Assembly: GCA_032718475.1 (NCBI GenBank)
Contig: JAUCBJ010007768.1
Coordinates: 1-64,000, forward strand
DNA length: 64,000 bases
From: Nemertoderma westbladi
Lineage: Eukaryota > Animalia > Xenacoelomorpha
Direction: 5' to 3'
In this document: in pieces, positions 50,401 to 62,899 of the stretch
How positions within the stretch are numbered: the stretch's first letter is position 1
Layout of the letters: the number at the start of each line of letters is the position of its first letter
Program-made: the position numbers and the translations under genes
Notes under the pieces: generated by a model
What the model saw: only the letters and a program-made list of their open reading frames with translations
Databases searched by the model: none
What the model was told of the DNA's origin: nothing

Positions 50401-51080
50401 TTAAAGAGTTGTTTACAGTTAAAGAGTTGTTTTACAGTTAAAGAGTTGTTTTACAGTTAAAGAGTTGTTTTACAGTTAAAGAGTTGTTTACTAGTTAAAG
50501 AGTTGTTTACAGTTAAAGAGTTGTTTACAGTTAAAGAGTTGTTTACAGTTAAAGAGTTGTTTACAGTTAAAGAGTTGTTTACAGTTAAAGAGTTGTTTAC
50601 AGTTAAAGAGTTGTTTTATAGTTAAAGAGTTGTTTTACAGTTAAAGAGTTGTTTACAGTTAAAGAGTTGTTTTACAGTTAAAGAGTTGTTTACAGTTAAA
50701 GAGTTGTTTACAGTTAAAGAGTTGTTTACAGTTAAAGAGTTGTTTTACAGTTAAAGAGTTGTTTACAGTTAAAGAGTTGTTTATAGTTAAAGAGTTGTTT
50801 ACAGTTAAAGAGTTGTTTACAGTTAAAGAGTTGTTTACAGTTAAAGAGTTGTTTACAGTTAAAGAGTTGTTTACAGTTAAAGAGTTGTTTACAGTTAAAG
50901 AGTTGTTTTATAGTTAAAGAGTTGTTTTACAGTTAAAGAGTTGTTTACAGTTAAAGAGTTGTTTACAGTTAAAGAGTTGTTTTACAGTTAAAGAGTTGTT
51001 TTACAGTTAAAGAGTTGTTTTATAGTTAAAGAGTTGTTTTACAGTTAAAGAGTTGTTTACAGTTAAAGAGTTGTTTTATA
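47409..51080. repeat. 18-19 bp minisatellite, ~3.7 kb (~200 units)
   Basis: (ACAGTTAAAGAGTTGTTT)n with recurrent TTTT/TATAG/GGG variants. Confidence 0.98.
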
Positions 51081-51454
51081 GTGAAGGTTTGTAGTAATTC
51101 AATTTCTTCCAGCAGATCAACAATATTTGTCGCCTTTATACGAAGTATATTTAATGAAGTGAATCCAATAGGTGCCGCCCTCATGCCACTCTTCAATCTC
51201 TTCATCTACACACGAACCGTTGTCGTAGTAGTGTTTGCACCAACAAAATGTAGGTACACCACCACAATCGTGGAATTCCCGATAAACGAATTGATGGTTG
51301 CTACACAGGACTACCAAAGGCAGCCCTAAACATCAGCTGGAGACAACACATGACAAACGCTGAGCTTTTTGGTACAATACCAGCTGTATCAACCACCCTC
51401 CGCGAACGCAGATTATGATTCAGTGGGCACTGCTGGAGAAGTAAAAACGAGGTC

Positions 51455-52541
51455 CAGGCCCGTAGCCAGGATTTTAAAAGGGTGGTTCGTTTTTTTTTAA
51501 AAAAGGGCACTTTTTAAAATTGTTTAAAATAAACAAATATCCATTGGTTTAGCCAGACATATTAAGGTACTGTAGGAATAGGGCAGAGAGGGGTTGGGGG
51601 GGGGGGGGGGGGGGGATTGGATGATCTGAAGCCCGATACGAAATGTGTGGGGTACTTTTTAATTTAATTAATTTATTATTATTAATTAATTTAATTAATT
51701 ATTTAATTATAATTTTACATTGGCACTGGGATAATGTGAACCGTAACTGTTCTAGCTGCTAATGTAACATTGCTTAAATTATTTTATTTTTATTCATTTG
51801 TAATTTTGCTAATGTAAATTTTCTTTGCCGGAAAGGGCACTTTTACGAATAGGTGAATATATTTAAAAGGAGAACATTTCTCAAAAAGGGCACATTTCCC
51901 ACATGTGTTCGTATAAAAGGGCACATTTCCCAAACATGTGTTCGTATAAAAGGGCACATTTCCCAAACATGTGTTCGTATAAAAGGGCACATTTCCCAAA
52001 CATGTGTTCGTATAAAAGGGCACATTTCCCAAACATGTGTTCGTATAAAAGGGCACATTTCCCAAACATGTGTTCGTATAAAAGGGCACATTTCCCAAAC
52101 ATGTGTTCGTATAAAAGGGCACATTTCCCAAACATGTGTTCGTATAAAAGGGCACATTTCCCAAACATGTGTTCGTATAAAAGGGCACATTTCCCAAACA
52201 TGTGTTCGTATAAAAGGGCACATTTCCCAAACATGTGTTCGTATAAAAGGGCACATTTCCCAAACATGTGTTCGTATAAAAGGGCACATTTCCCAAACAT
52301 GTGTTCGTATAAAAGGGCACATTTCCCAAACATGTGTTCGTATAAAAGGGCACATTTCCCAAACATGTGTTTGTATAAAAGGGCACATTTCCCAAACATG
52401 TGTTCGTATAAAAGGGCACATTTCCCAAACATGTGTTCGTATAAAAGGGCACATTTCCCAAACATGTGTTCGTATAAAAGGGCACGTTTCTCAAAATGGC
52501 GGTTCGTTCGAACCAACGAACCCCCCCTGGCTACGGGCCTG
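51455..52541. mobile_element. TIR element (MITE) containing a 33-bp tandem array
   Basis: Perfect 16-bp TIRs CAGGCCCGTAGCCAGG / CCTGGCTACGGGCCTG; apparent 5-bp TSD AGGTC (51450-51454, 52542-52546). Confidence 0.88.
51884..52490. repeat. 33-bp tandem repeat, ~18 copies
   Basis: (AAAAGGGCACATTTCCCAAACATGTGTTCGTAT)n, almost invariant. Confidence 0.97.
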
Positions 52542-53816
52542 AGGTCATACCAGATCACACTAGGTAGACGTTCCCATGGAAGACCGGCTTTGACATAAGA
52601 CACGAAATTTCCACTGTCCGAGCTCTCTCGACCTAGTAGTAGTAGTATATTAGCACAGATAAAGTAATGTATACTGTTTTTGTAGCTTTGGTGTAAGTCT
52701 GCAGCTGTATGACCTGGATATCTGCTGCTTCTACGTTATTGTCTTCAGTCCATGGGCATCAACTTGTCCCATCCAGTTATATGATTATTGGAGTTGGGAC
52801 TTTTTGTCCAACAAGTCAATCTAACGCGCGTGTCAACTATTTCCCAGATACACATTAAATGGGGATCGATCTGTGGGACTTATGATACCCAGCTACGAAT
52901 GCACGCACCTGGCTGGCGTAGGGGGAACAGAGAAAAGCCGCGTGATAAACGCGGTGAAAAAACTAACAGTCCCGCTGTAAAGAGTATGGCTCCAACTGGA
53001 ATCAGATCGATGCCAGTACATACCAGTCACCCGCGGGGGTCAGAAATTTATTTCTAATATAAACTTTACGTTTCTGTTGTAAGTTACGATAACCTAAACT
53101 CAACCCCCACTGCTGCGGCTTGTGATTTCCTTGGAAATGCAATCCAAGACCTGACCGCATTAACATCACTCGGATAAAGTTTCATTGCATCGTTCTTGAA
53201 ATTTCGATTCCTCAAACTTTACTTCAAAAGCAAAAGAAGTCGAAGAGCGAACCGTAAAATGTAATGTCTGTAAAGTAAACTGTCTTTCTTTACATTAACT
53301 ACCGGTGGTACTATAGTATTTATCTTATTGAACTACACATAGTTTGGTATAACTAAAACGGGATGGGGTTGTATCTGCCCAGGTTTTTTAATATTTATTT
53401 GTTTGTACTTCCCATCTGTTTCACACATACGTAGTTCCGCCTTTAGAGATAGGACATGCACTTAAAAAAGAAATGTATTAGATAGGAGAGCAAGTGTAAG
53501 GGCCAAGTGGTTGAATGCGCTACTGATGAGGCCTGTTTAGCACTGGTTCAACATCCATCCTCTGAAGATGAAGACGTACTTCCCCATTTTTTCCATTTCT
53601 GAGCATAACCATAAATATTACAAATAATAATATCCAACCGCTTAAGATTATGCAAATGGGTTTTTAGATTACGATGCATTAAATAGGGTGGTGGGTGCTT
53701 ATATTGAATTTCAGCTGTCGCATACTACTAAGACCACACGCCAGTGCTGGTACCTAGAGTGTCTGAAAACTGACCTACAGGGGTAGCCTATGTATATAAT
53801 ATTACAACAATCTCAC

Positions 53817-53893
53817 CTGCATCATAAACTATTGCTGCTTCGACAAGAAATATACATAACACAAGACCACCAAACACATTTATAAGGCTAAAC
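53817..53893 (-). CDS. F-type lectin gene, signal-peptide exon
   Basis: TTTCTTTTAAG acceptor, GTGAGA donor, 77 nt, phase 2-1; hydrophobic FSLINVFGGLVLCIFLVEAAIVYDA. Confidence 0.65.
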
Positions 53894-54291
53894 CTTAAAA
53901 GAAATAAGATATTTGTTATTAAAAATTCTGACATTCTAATTACAAGTGATGTTGATGATTTCTAAAAAAATAAAAATGGGGAAAAACCACTAAGTTGGAG
54001 AGGCCTTTCTTTATTAGGGTCTTTAAGTGCGACAGGGGGGAAAACTGGACGCAAAACCCGCCTTGGCGAATTAATATCCCGCCTCAATGTTAAATTCTCA
54101 ATTTAGGGAAACCTCATCAATTTAGGGATTTCCCCCCCCCCCCCCCCCCCCATCTGCTTTAAGTAGGCATAGGCAGTTGAGTGTCGTTCGGTTAGGCCTA
54201 CCAAATGATTGTATATGTATAGTATTGCCGGTCTGTAGCTGTTTCTTTACCTTATATTAAATTAAAACTTCAATATAACAATTATACTTAC

Positions 54292-54305
54292 CCTGCATGT
54301 ATCAT
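54292..54305 (-). CDS. F-type lectin gene, putative first coding exon (MIHAG)
   Basis: ATG ATA CAT GCA GG followed by a consensus GTAAGT donor; phase 2 matches the next exon. Confidence 0.55.
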
Positions 54306-55429
54306 AATCAACTGTAGTATAAACTATACCAAACGTTTATAATTTACCAAATGCCAGGCGCGATTAATAAGCTACAGCGAGATGTGGGAAACAGTTCTAC
54401 TTTTTGTTCCCATGTAATAATATATTATATTCACACTATAAAATCAAAAGCATACCTAAATAGTAGGCCTACGCTTTTGTTGTAGAAGATGTGAATTCTT
54501 ATTTCTTCAAAGTAATTTTAATTTAGTTAATTTACCTACCAAAAGGGACAAAATAGAAAAATAACACTTAGCAAAAACAACTAATCTGGAATATTTGGAA
54601 ATATTTACGCATGTACGTGTGTTGTGTATAGGGCCGAGGTATACTACAAACAACAGGCCATGCAACGACCAGAACTTATTACTCCATAAATAATGGTTCA
54701 TACAGTATCAATGTCTTCTGGAATTTGTAATTAAGTATTATTTTGTATTTGTACACTAAATTGGCTAAGTAGCTAGCAATTTCTAAAAATAAACTAAATT
54801 TTAGGCGATAGAAAGTCATTTGGTTTAAAGGTAAAATCACAAATAATTACAAGTTAAAAGAGAGGATTTGCCTAACTTATACATTTAGAACATTGGATTG
54901 CCTATTTACCAAACTAATGCTACTTTGTTACCCTGGCAACATCCTAACCTATTGTTATAACACTCAACATAACTGTATATGGCAGTCCATCCTAATTGCG
55001 AACTGAGAAACTCTGTTAAATTATTAATAATTAATACTTAACTGCTGGAAATACATAGAATTATATAGCCCACCTGCTTTTAGAAACCACTTACTGAGAA
55101 TCAATACATTATAGTTTATTTATTGTGAAATGCCCTGCGTAGAGGGAATGACAATGTGCATCTATGTGGCATTAAATTGTGCCACATAGATGTACAATAC
55201 AGTGGCTCTAATCCGTAATGTATTGATAATTATAGTCACAGACATATTATTTCATTTCGTAGAAAATGGTTCGTTTTCCCGCAATAAGAAGTTTATCAAG
55301 TCTATCATCATAAATAATACGAATATCTTCTTGCGCTCACGCAAATGAGTGGTGTCCACCACGTCTTTCAGGTAATGGCCAAAAGATAAGAGACGGTAGC
55401 TAGAAGATCTAGGTTGATCCAGGAAATTG

Positions 55430-58400
55430 AAGTTGCCTTCGGTAGAGTCTCTTTGGGTTTCCTCCGGTAGAGTGGAGCCTTCGGGTTGTCTCTGGTAGAG
55501 AGGAGCCTTTAGGTTGCCTCCGGTAGAGAGGAGCCTTCGGGTTGCCTCCGGTAGAGAGGAGCCTTCGGGTTGCCTCCTGTAGAGAGGAACCTTTGGGTTC
55601 CCTCCGGTAGAGAGGAGCCCTTGGGTTGCCTCCGGTAGAGTGGAGCTTTCGGGTTGCCTCCAGTAGAGAGGAACCTTCAGGTTGCCTCCAGTAGAGAGGA
55701 ACTTTTGGGTTGCCTCCGGTGGAGAGGAGCCTTCGGGTTGTCTCAGGTAGAGAGGAGCCTTTAGGTTGCCTCCGGTAGAGAGGAGCCTTCGGGTTGCCTC
55801 CTGTAGAGAGGAACCTTTGGGTTCCCTCGGGTAGAGAGGAGCCCTTGGGTTGCCTCCGGCAGAGTGGAGCTTTCGGGTTGCCTCCAGTAGAGAGGAACCT
55901 TCAGGTTGCCTCCAGTAGAGAGGAACCTTTGGGTTGCCTCTGGTAGAGAGGAGCCTTCGGGTTGTCTCCGGTAGAGAGGAACCTTCGGGTTGCCTCCGGT
56001 AGAGATTAACCTTTGGGTTGCCTCCGGTAGAGAGGAGCCTTCGGGTTGCCTCCTGTAGAGAGGAACCTTTGGGTTCCCTCTGGTAGAGAGGAGCCCTTGG
56101 GTTGCCTCCGGTAGAGTGGAGCTTTCGGGTTGCCTCCAGTAGAGAGGAACCTTCAGGTTGCCTCCAGTAGAGAGGAACTTTTGGGTTGCCTCCGGTAGAG
56201 AGGAGCCTTCGGGTTGCCTCCAGTAGAGAGGAACCTTCGGGTTGCCTTCAGTAGAGAGGAGCCTTCGGGTTGCCTCCAGTAAAGAGGAGCCTTCGAGTTG
56301 CCTCCAGTAGAGAGGATCCTTCGGGTTACCTCCAGTAGGGAGGAGCCTTCGGGTTGCCTCCAGTAGAGAGGAGCCTTCGGTTTGCCTCCAGTAGAGTGGA
56401 ACCTTCGGGTTGCCTCCAGTAGAGAGGAACCTTCGGGTTGCCTTCAGTGGAGAGGAGCCTTCGGGTTGCCTCCAGTAAAGAGGAGCCTTCGAGTTGCCTC
56501 CAGTAGAGAGGAACCTTTGGGTCCCTCCGGTAGAGCGGAGCCCTTGGGTTGCCTCAGGTAGAGAGGAACTTTCGGGTTGCCTCCAGTAGAGAGGAACCTT
56601 CAGGTTGCCTCCAGTAGAGAGGAACCTTTGGGTTGCCTCCAGTAGAGAGGAGCCTTCGGGTTGCCTCCGCTAGAGAGGAACCTTCGGGTTGCCTCTGGTA
56701 TAGAGAGGAGCCTTCGGGTTGCCTCCGGTAGAGAGGAGCCTTCGGGTTGCCTCCAGTAGAGAGGAACCTTTGGGTTCCCTCCGGTAGAGAGGAGCCCTTG
56801 GATTGCCTCCGGCAGAGAGGAGCTTTCGGGTTGCCTCCAGTAGAGAGGAACCTTCAGGTTGCCTCCAGTAGAGAGGAACCTATTGGTTGCCTCCGGTAGA
56901 GAGGAGCCTTCGGGTTGCCTCCGGTAGAGAGAAGCCTTCGGGTTGCCTCCGGTAGACAGGAGCCTTCGGGTTGCCTCCGGTAGAGAGGAGCTTTCGGGTT
57001 ACCTCCAGTAGAGAGGAGCCTTCGGGTTGCCTCCAGTAGAGAGAAGCCTTCGGGTTGCCTCCGGTAGACAGGAGCCTTCGGGTTGCCTCCAGTGGAGAAG
57101 AGCTTTCGGGTTACCTCCAGTAGAGAGGAGCCTTCGGGTTGGCTCTGGTAGAGAGGAGCCTTTTGGTTGCCTCCAGTAGAGTGGAACCTTCGGGTTGCCT
57201 CCAGTAGAGAGGAACCTTCGGGTTGCCTTCAGTTGAGAGGAGCCTTCGGGTTGCCTCCAGTAAAGAGGAGCCTTCGAGTTGCCTCCAGTAGAGAGGAACC
57301 TTTGGGTTCCCTCCGGTAGAGCGGAGCCCTTGGGTTGCCTCCGGTAGAGAGGAGCTTTCGGGTTGCCTCCAGTAGAGAGGAACCTTCAGGTTGCCTCCAG
57401 TAGAGAGGAACCTTTGGGTTGCCTCCGCTAGAGAGGAACCTTCGGGTTGCCTCTGGTATAGAGAGGAGCCTTCGGGTTGCCTCTGGTAGAGAGGATCCTT
57501 CGGGTTGCCTCCGGTAGAGAGGAACCTTTGGGTTCCCTCCGGTAGATAGGAGCCCTTGGGTTGCCTCCGGCAGAGAGGAGCTTTCGGGTTGCCTCCAGTA
57601 GAGAGGAACCTTCAGGTTGCCTCCAGTAGAGAGGAACCTTTGGGTTGCCTCTGGTAAAGAGGGCCTTCGGGTTGCCTCCGGTAGAGAGAAGCCTTCGGGT
57701 TGCCTCCGGTAGACAGGAGCCTTCGGGTTGCCTCCGGTAGAGAAGAGCTTTCGGGTTACCTCCAGTAGAGAGGAGCCTTCGGGTTGCCTCTGGTAGAGAG
57801 GAGCCTTCGGGTTGCCTCCGGTAGAGAGGAGCTTTTGGGTTACCTCCAGTAGAGAGGAGCCTTCGGGTTGCCTCCGGTAGAGAGGAACTTTTGGGTTGCC
57901 TCCGGTAGAGAGGAGCCCTCGGGTAGCCTCCAGTAGAGAGGAACCTTCGAGTTGCCTTCAGTAGAGAGGAGCCTTCGGGTTGCCTCCAGTAAAGAGGAGC
58001 CTTCGAGTTGCCTCCATTAGAGAGGATCCTTCGGGTTACCTCCAGTAGAGAGGAGCCTTCGGGTTGCCTCCTTTAGAGAGGAGCCTTCGGGTTGCCTCCA
58101 GTAGAGAGGAGCCATAGGGTTGCCTCCGGTAGACAGGAGCCTTCGGGTTGGCTCTGGTAGAGAGGAGCCTTTGGGTTGCCTCCAGTAGAGTGGAACCTTC
58201 GGGTTGCCTCCAGTAGAGAGGAACCTTCGGGTTGCCTTCAGTGGAGAGGAGCCTTCGGGTTGCCTCCAGTAAAGAGGAGCCTTCGAGTTGCCTCCAGTAT
58301 AGAGGAACCTTTGGGTTCCCTCCGGTAGAGTGGAGCCCTTGGGTTGCCTCCGGTAGAGAGGAGCTTTCGGGTTGCCTCCAGTAGAGAGGAACCTTCAGGT

Positions 58401-59820
58401 TGCCTCCAGTAGAGAGGAACCTTTGGGTTGCCTCCGGTAGAGAGGAGCCTTCGGGTTGCCTCCGGTAGAGAGGAACCTTTGGGTTGCCTCTGGTATAGAG
58501 AGGAGCCTTCGGGTTGCCTCTTGTAGAGAGGAGCCTTCGGGTTGCCTCAGGGTAGAGAGGAACCTTTGGGTTCCCTCCGGTAGAGAGGAGCCCTTGGGTT
58601 GCCTCCGGCAGAGAGGAGCTTTCGGGTTGCCTCCAGTAGAGAGGAACCCTCAGGTTGCCTCCGGTAGAGAGGAGCCTTCGGGTTGCCTCTGGTAGAGAGA
58701 AGCCTTCGGGTTGCTTCCGGTAGACAGGAGCCTTAGGGTTGCCTCTGGTAGAGAGGAGCTTTCGGGTTACCTCCAGTAGAGAGGAGCCTTCGGGTTGCCT
58801 CTGGTAGAGAGGAGGCTTCGGGTTGCCTCCGGTAGAGAGGAGCTTTTGGGTTACCTCCAGTAGAGACGAGCCTTCGGATTGCCTCCAATAGAGAGGAGCC
58901 TTCAGGTTGCCTCTGGTATAGAGGAGCTTTCAGGTTGCTTCCAGTAGAGAGGAGCCTTCGCGTTGCCTCTGGTAGAGAGGAGCCTTCGGGTTGCCTCCGT
59001 TAGAGTGGAGCCTTCGGGTTGCCACCGGTAGAGAGGAGCTTCCGGTTTGCCTCCGGTAGAGAGGAGCCTTCGGGTTGCCTCTGGTAGAGAGGATCCTTTG
59101 GGTTGCCTCTGGTAGAGAGGATCCTTCGGGTTGCCTCCAGTAGAGAGGAGCCTTCGGGTTGCCTCCGGTAGAGAGGAACCTTCGGGTTACCTCCAGTAGA
59201 GAGTAGCCCTCGGGTTGCCTCCAGTAGAGGGGAACCTTCGTGTTGCCTCCAGTAGAGAGGAGCCTTCAGGTTGCCTCCAGTAGAGAGGAGCCCTCGGGTT
59301 GCCTCCAGTAGAGAGGAACCTTCGGCTTGCCTCCAGTAGAGAGGAGCCTTCGGGTTGCCTCCAGTAGAGAGGAGCCTTCGGGTTGCCTCCAGTAGAGAGT
59401 AACCTTCGGGTTGCCTCCAATAGAGAGGAACCTTCGGGTTGCCTCCAGTAAAAAAGAGCCTTCGGGTTGCCTCCAGTGGAGAGGAACCTTCGGGTTGCCT
59501 CCAGTAGAGAGGAGCCTTCGGGTTGCCTCCGGTAGAGAGGAGCCCTCGGGTTGCCTCTGGTAGAGAGGAGCCTTCGGGTTGCCTCCGGTAGAGAGGAGCC
59601 TTCGGGTTGCCTCCAGTAGAGAGGAACCTTCGGGTTGCCTCCAGTAGAGAGGAGCCTTCGGGTTGCCTCCAGTAGAGAGGAACCCTCGGGTTGCCTCCGG
59701 CAGAGAGGAGCATTCGGGTCGCCTCCAGTAGATAGGAACCTTTGGGTTGCCTCCGGTAGAGAGGAGCCTTCGGGTTGTCTCCGGTAGAGAGGAACCTTTG
59801 GGTTGTCCCCAGTAGAGAGG
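55430..59820. repeat. 28-bp minisatellite, ~4.4 kb (~155 units)
   Basis: Consensus GGTAGAGAGGAGCCTTCGGGTTGCCTCC with higher-order variant runs; about two more units at 63757-63822. Confidence 0.97.
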
Positions 59821-59831
59821 AAGATTCACTA

Positions 59832-62800
59832 TCACTTATTAGTGTTAACTTATTAGTGTTAACAGTATCTTCCCTTTGTGGTTGATCATAAATTGGATTT
59901 AAGAATTCCCCTCCTGTACCACCCACTATTACCCCAGACCTTGAGTTTGATGTCATTGTATTATCACTGGTTTGTCCCCCTTGATTTACTTGCCATGCTT
60001 TCATCTGCATATAGTCATTCATTGTTGGATTTCTCCCAGTCATATGGAATTGCTGAGCCTGCCATGCAATGAATGCTTCATAATATTCAGGAGACATATG
60101 GGCCATTCCCGTGCCAAAACTGAAACCTCCACCACCACTTCCCATAGCTATACCTGAATCAGACCCTGACCCTCCACGACCACGTACTACATATGATACC
60201 TTGCGGTTTCTATCAGCAGCCATAACTGGTTTTTTCTTGCCTTTTAAAGCTGCAGATAGCTCATCAGAAGTCATTGCATTTTTCTGTGCATAATTTATTT
60301 TAACTTCCGCTTCCTTTTCATTTTGTTTTTTTGCTGCTTCTTGCCTTTCCTTTTCCTCTTGATTTCTCTTATGTTCATCCTTTTTTCTTTTGATTTCATT
60401 TTGATGTTCAATTTCTTCCTGATGTCTTTTTTCTTCTAAACGTTTGCGTTCCTCTTCTTGTTTCTTCTTTCTTTCATCTGCTTCTCTTTTTCTTTTCATT
60501 TCCTCTTCCCTCCTTGCATTTTCTGTTTCTTTTCTTTTTCTTTCCTTTTCATCCTCTTCTTTTTTCCTTCGTTCTTCTGCTGCATTTTTTTGAGCTTTTT
60601 CTCTTTCCTCATCTTGAAGACGTTTTCTTTCTTTCTCTTCATCTTGTTTTTTCTTCCTTCTTTGTGCTTCTTCTTTGGCTTTTAGTTGCCTATCATGTTC
60701 TTCCTTCCTTGACTTTTCTTTGCTTATCTTGTTCTTCTCTTTCCTTTCTCTGATTATCTTGTTCTTCCTTGACACTTCTATGTCTCTCATCTTCTTCTTC
60801 TGTGCTTCTTCTTTGGCTTTTAATTGTTTTTGTTGTTCTTCCTTAGCCCTCATTTGTCTATCTTGTTCTTCTCTCTCCTTTCTTTGTCTATCTTGTTCTT
60901 CTCTCTCCTTTCTTTGTCTATCTTGTTCTACTCTCTCCTTTCTTTGTCTCTCTTCTCTTTCTCTTTTTTCTCTATCCTTTCTTTGTCTATCTTGTTCTAC
61001 TCTCTCCTTTCTCTTTCTATCTTGTTCTTCTCTCTCCTTTCTTTGTCTATCTTGTTCTACTCTCTCCTTTCTCTTTCTATCTTGTTCTTCTCTCTCCTTT
61101 ATTTGTCTATCTTGTTCTACTCTCTCCTTTATCTTTCTATCTTGTTCTTCTCTCTCCTTTCTTTGCCTATCTTGTTCTTCTCTCTCCCTTTGTTGCCTTT
61201 CTTGTTCTTCTCTCTCTCTTCTTTGTCTGCCACGTTCTTATGCCTCTCTATCTTGCCTGTCTCGTTCTTCTCTAATTTTCCTTTGGTTTTCAAGTTCATC
61301 TCCTAGTTTTTTACCTTCTAGTTCTTTCTGTAGTTTAATTTGTTTATCGTTCAATCTATTTACTTCAGCTTCTGCCTTTGTCTGTGCATATACCGCATTT
61401 TCCTTGTCTTTCCCAATTCTCCAGTTTTCATTTTGTAACTCCTCTAATTGAGTTCGCAACTTTAAGTTTTCATTCGTCATTGCATTATTCATTTCGACAG
61501 TACGTCTCAAGTTAATTAGATCCTTATTAGCTTCATTATTCTTATGTACTTCATTTCTGTATTTCTCTTCCAGTTCTTGGAACTTCCTTTCGATATCTAT
61601 TGTTTTCTGTCTCTGTTTTTGTAACTCACTCTCATTTAGGATGTTTGCATGTATTCTTGTCTCCATATCTTTTAATTTTGAGATCATTTCTCTTTGCCTG
61701 TTTTCATACTCCAATTTTAAATCATACATTTCTTTCTGATGCTGATCTTTCAAATTGTTAATTTCTGATTCCATTTCATATTTTTGATTATCTATTTCTT
61801 CTCTGAGATTTCTGCACTGATTTTCCAACTCTTTATTCTTATTTATCATTGCAGCAATTTCTTCTTCATACTTTCCAAGCGTATTTTCAATATATATCTT
61901 GTTTTTTGCTTCTAATGACCCCGTGGAAGATTGCAATCGTGGATATGGTAGATGCAGAACAAAGTCACGTGTGGTATCTTGTTTTCTGCAGTAATTGTGT
62001 GCTTGTGGTAACTCCAGCAAAGTGAGACTTATTTCATGCAACTTGGAATATTCTTTTGCATACTCTCTAAGTGGACTTGAATCTACAGATCGGGATGGAC
62101 ACGCCCTTGTTCTCATATCGTATTTATCACCATGTAGCTTGAAACTTACCGATAATTTACCAGACCTAGGTGCCCGTGTCTCACTGCTCAAGCTGCGGTA
62201 TGGTCGGTCTAATAGAGAGCTCTCTAGTGTGGCATCTTTATAATTGCTATTAGTGAATTGATCCAACCTTGATAGTCTGGATGTTCGTATCAGACTGTCT
62301 TCCACCCCTCCGCCGGAATCAGTATCATTGCTTTCACTCCATACTTGTCTGTCAACTGGTGACTGTACATATGGTGCTCTATTGCGAGCTGGTGAGTGAG
62401 TATGCAGGCAGTATTTGCATTCTTTCAGTGAATGTGGATAGTAATACTGTTGATTCATATTGACTTCCTTTTGTTTTATCGGGAGGTTGTAGTTAGGTAA
62501 CGGTACTGTGCTATTGGCCGTCATCGCATTACCAAGGGTTGCTGTCAGGTAATCTAATTTTTGTTGAAGATCGTCTGGTATGTTATTATTCTGGGTTGTG
62601 CCATGTACTGATCTCAAAAGTGGCCTCCCTACATTGCTGTACATTTTCTGTAAATACGATTGGTCAGTGTTGGAATGTTCCCAGTATTTCATTGTTCTCT
62701 GAGTGTTGTCTTCCTTATTGGCCGCAGCTGTTAGTAGTTCATCTTCTATATGTTTCTTTATGTTGCATATATATTGCTGGTGTTGTTCGTATTGGTTAAG

Positions 62801-62899
62801 TAACTGACCCTCGTGTTTATTCTCCAGGTCATCTAGTAAGTGGTTAAGTCGATTCTTTAGATATAGTTTATGTTTCAATGCCATCACATTATAAAACAC
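59832..62899 (-). pseudogene. Intronless ~1020-codon ORF, coiled-coil / charged E-R-K protein of unknown function
   Basis: ORFs 61238-62899 and 59000-60853 share a frame and are separated by one TAA (61238-61240); 10-aa repeat RKEREEQDRQ. The inferred native stop TGA-TAG-TGA at 59834-59826 is put out of frame by a 14-bp duplication. Confidence 0.65.

Larger units (their letters stand above)
51285..52646 (+). mobile_element. 5'-truncated RTE 3' fragment (same family as 43625-47174) interrupted by a MITE
   Basis: RIDGCYT..AALNISWRQHMTNAEL..HCWRSK.EV at 51285-51454; resumes at 52542 and ends CGACC(TAG)n at about 52646. Confidence 0.85.

Noticed and set aside
47331-50441. ORFs (FTVKEL)n and (LKSCLQ)n
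   Set aside because: Translation artefacts of an 18-bp minisatellite with frequent 1-bp indels.
51117-51317. Cys-rich 66-aa minus-strand ORF as a lectin-gene exon
   Set aside because: Its start overlaps the RTE fragment and no phase-compatible splice sites were found.
51790-52603. Five overlapping 200+ aa repetitive ORFs
   Set aside because: A stop-free 33-bp array inside a MITE, open in several frames on both strands.
53500-53580. Second tRNA-like + CTGATGAG hammerhead candidate
   Set aside because: No stem II closure followed by GAAA and no stem I partner; at most a decayed remnant.
55430-59820. CRISPR-like array or repeat protein in the 28-bp repeat
   Set aside because: Units are contiguous with no unique spacers, there are no cas genes, the context is eukaryotic, and the unit length is not a multiple of 3.
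60458-61451. Plus-strand Leu/Ser/Phe-rich ORFs
   Set aside because: Antisense shadows of the E/R/K repeat of the minus-strand ORF.
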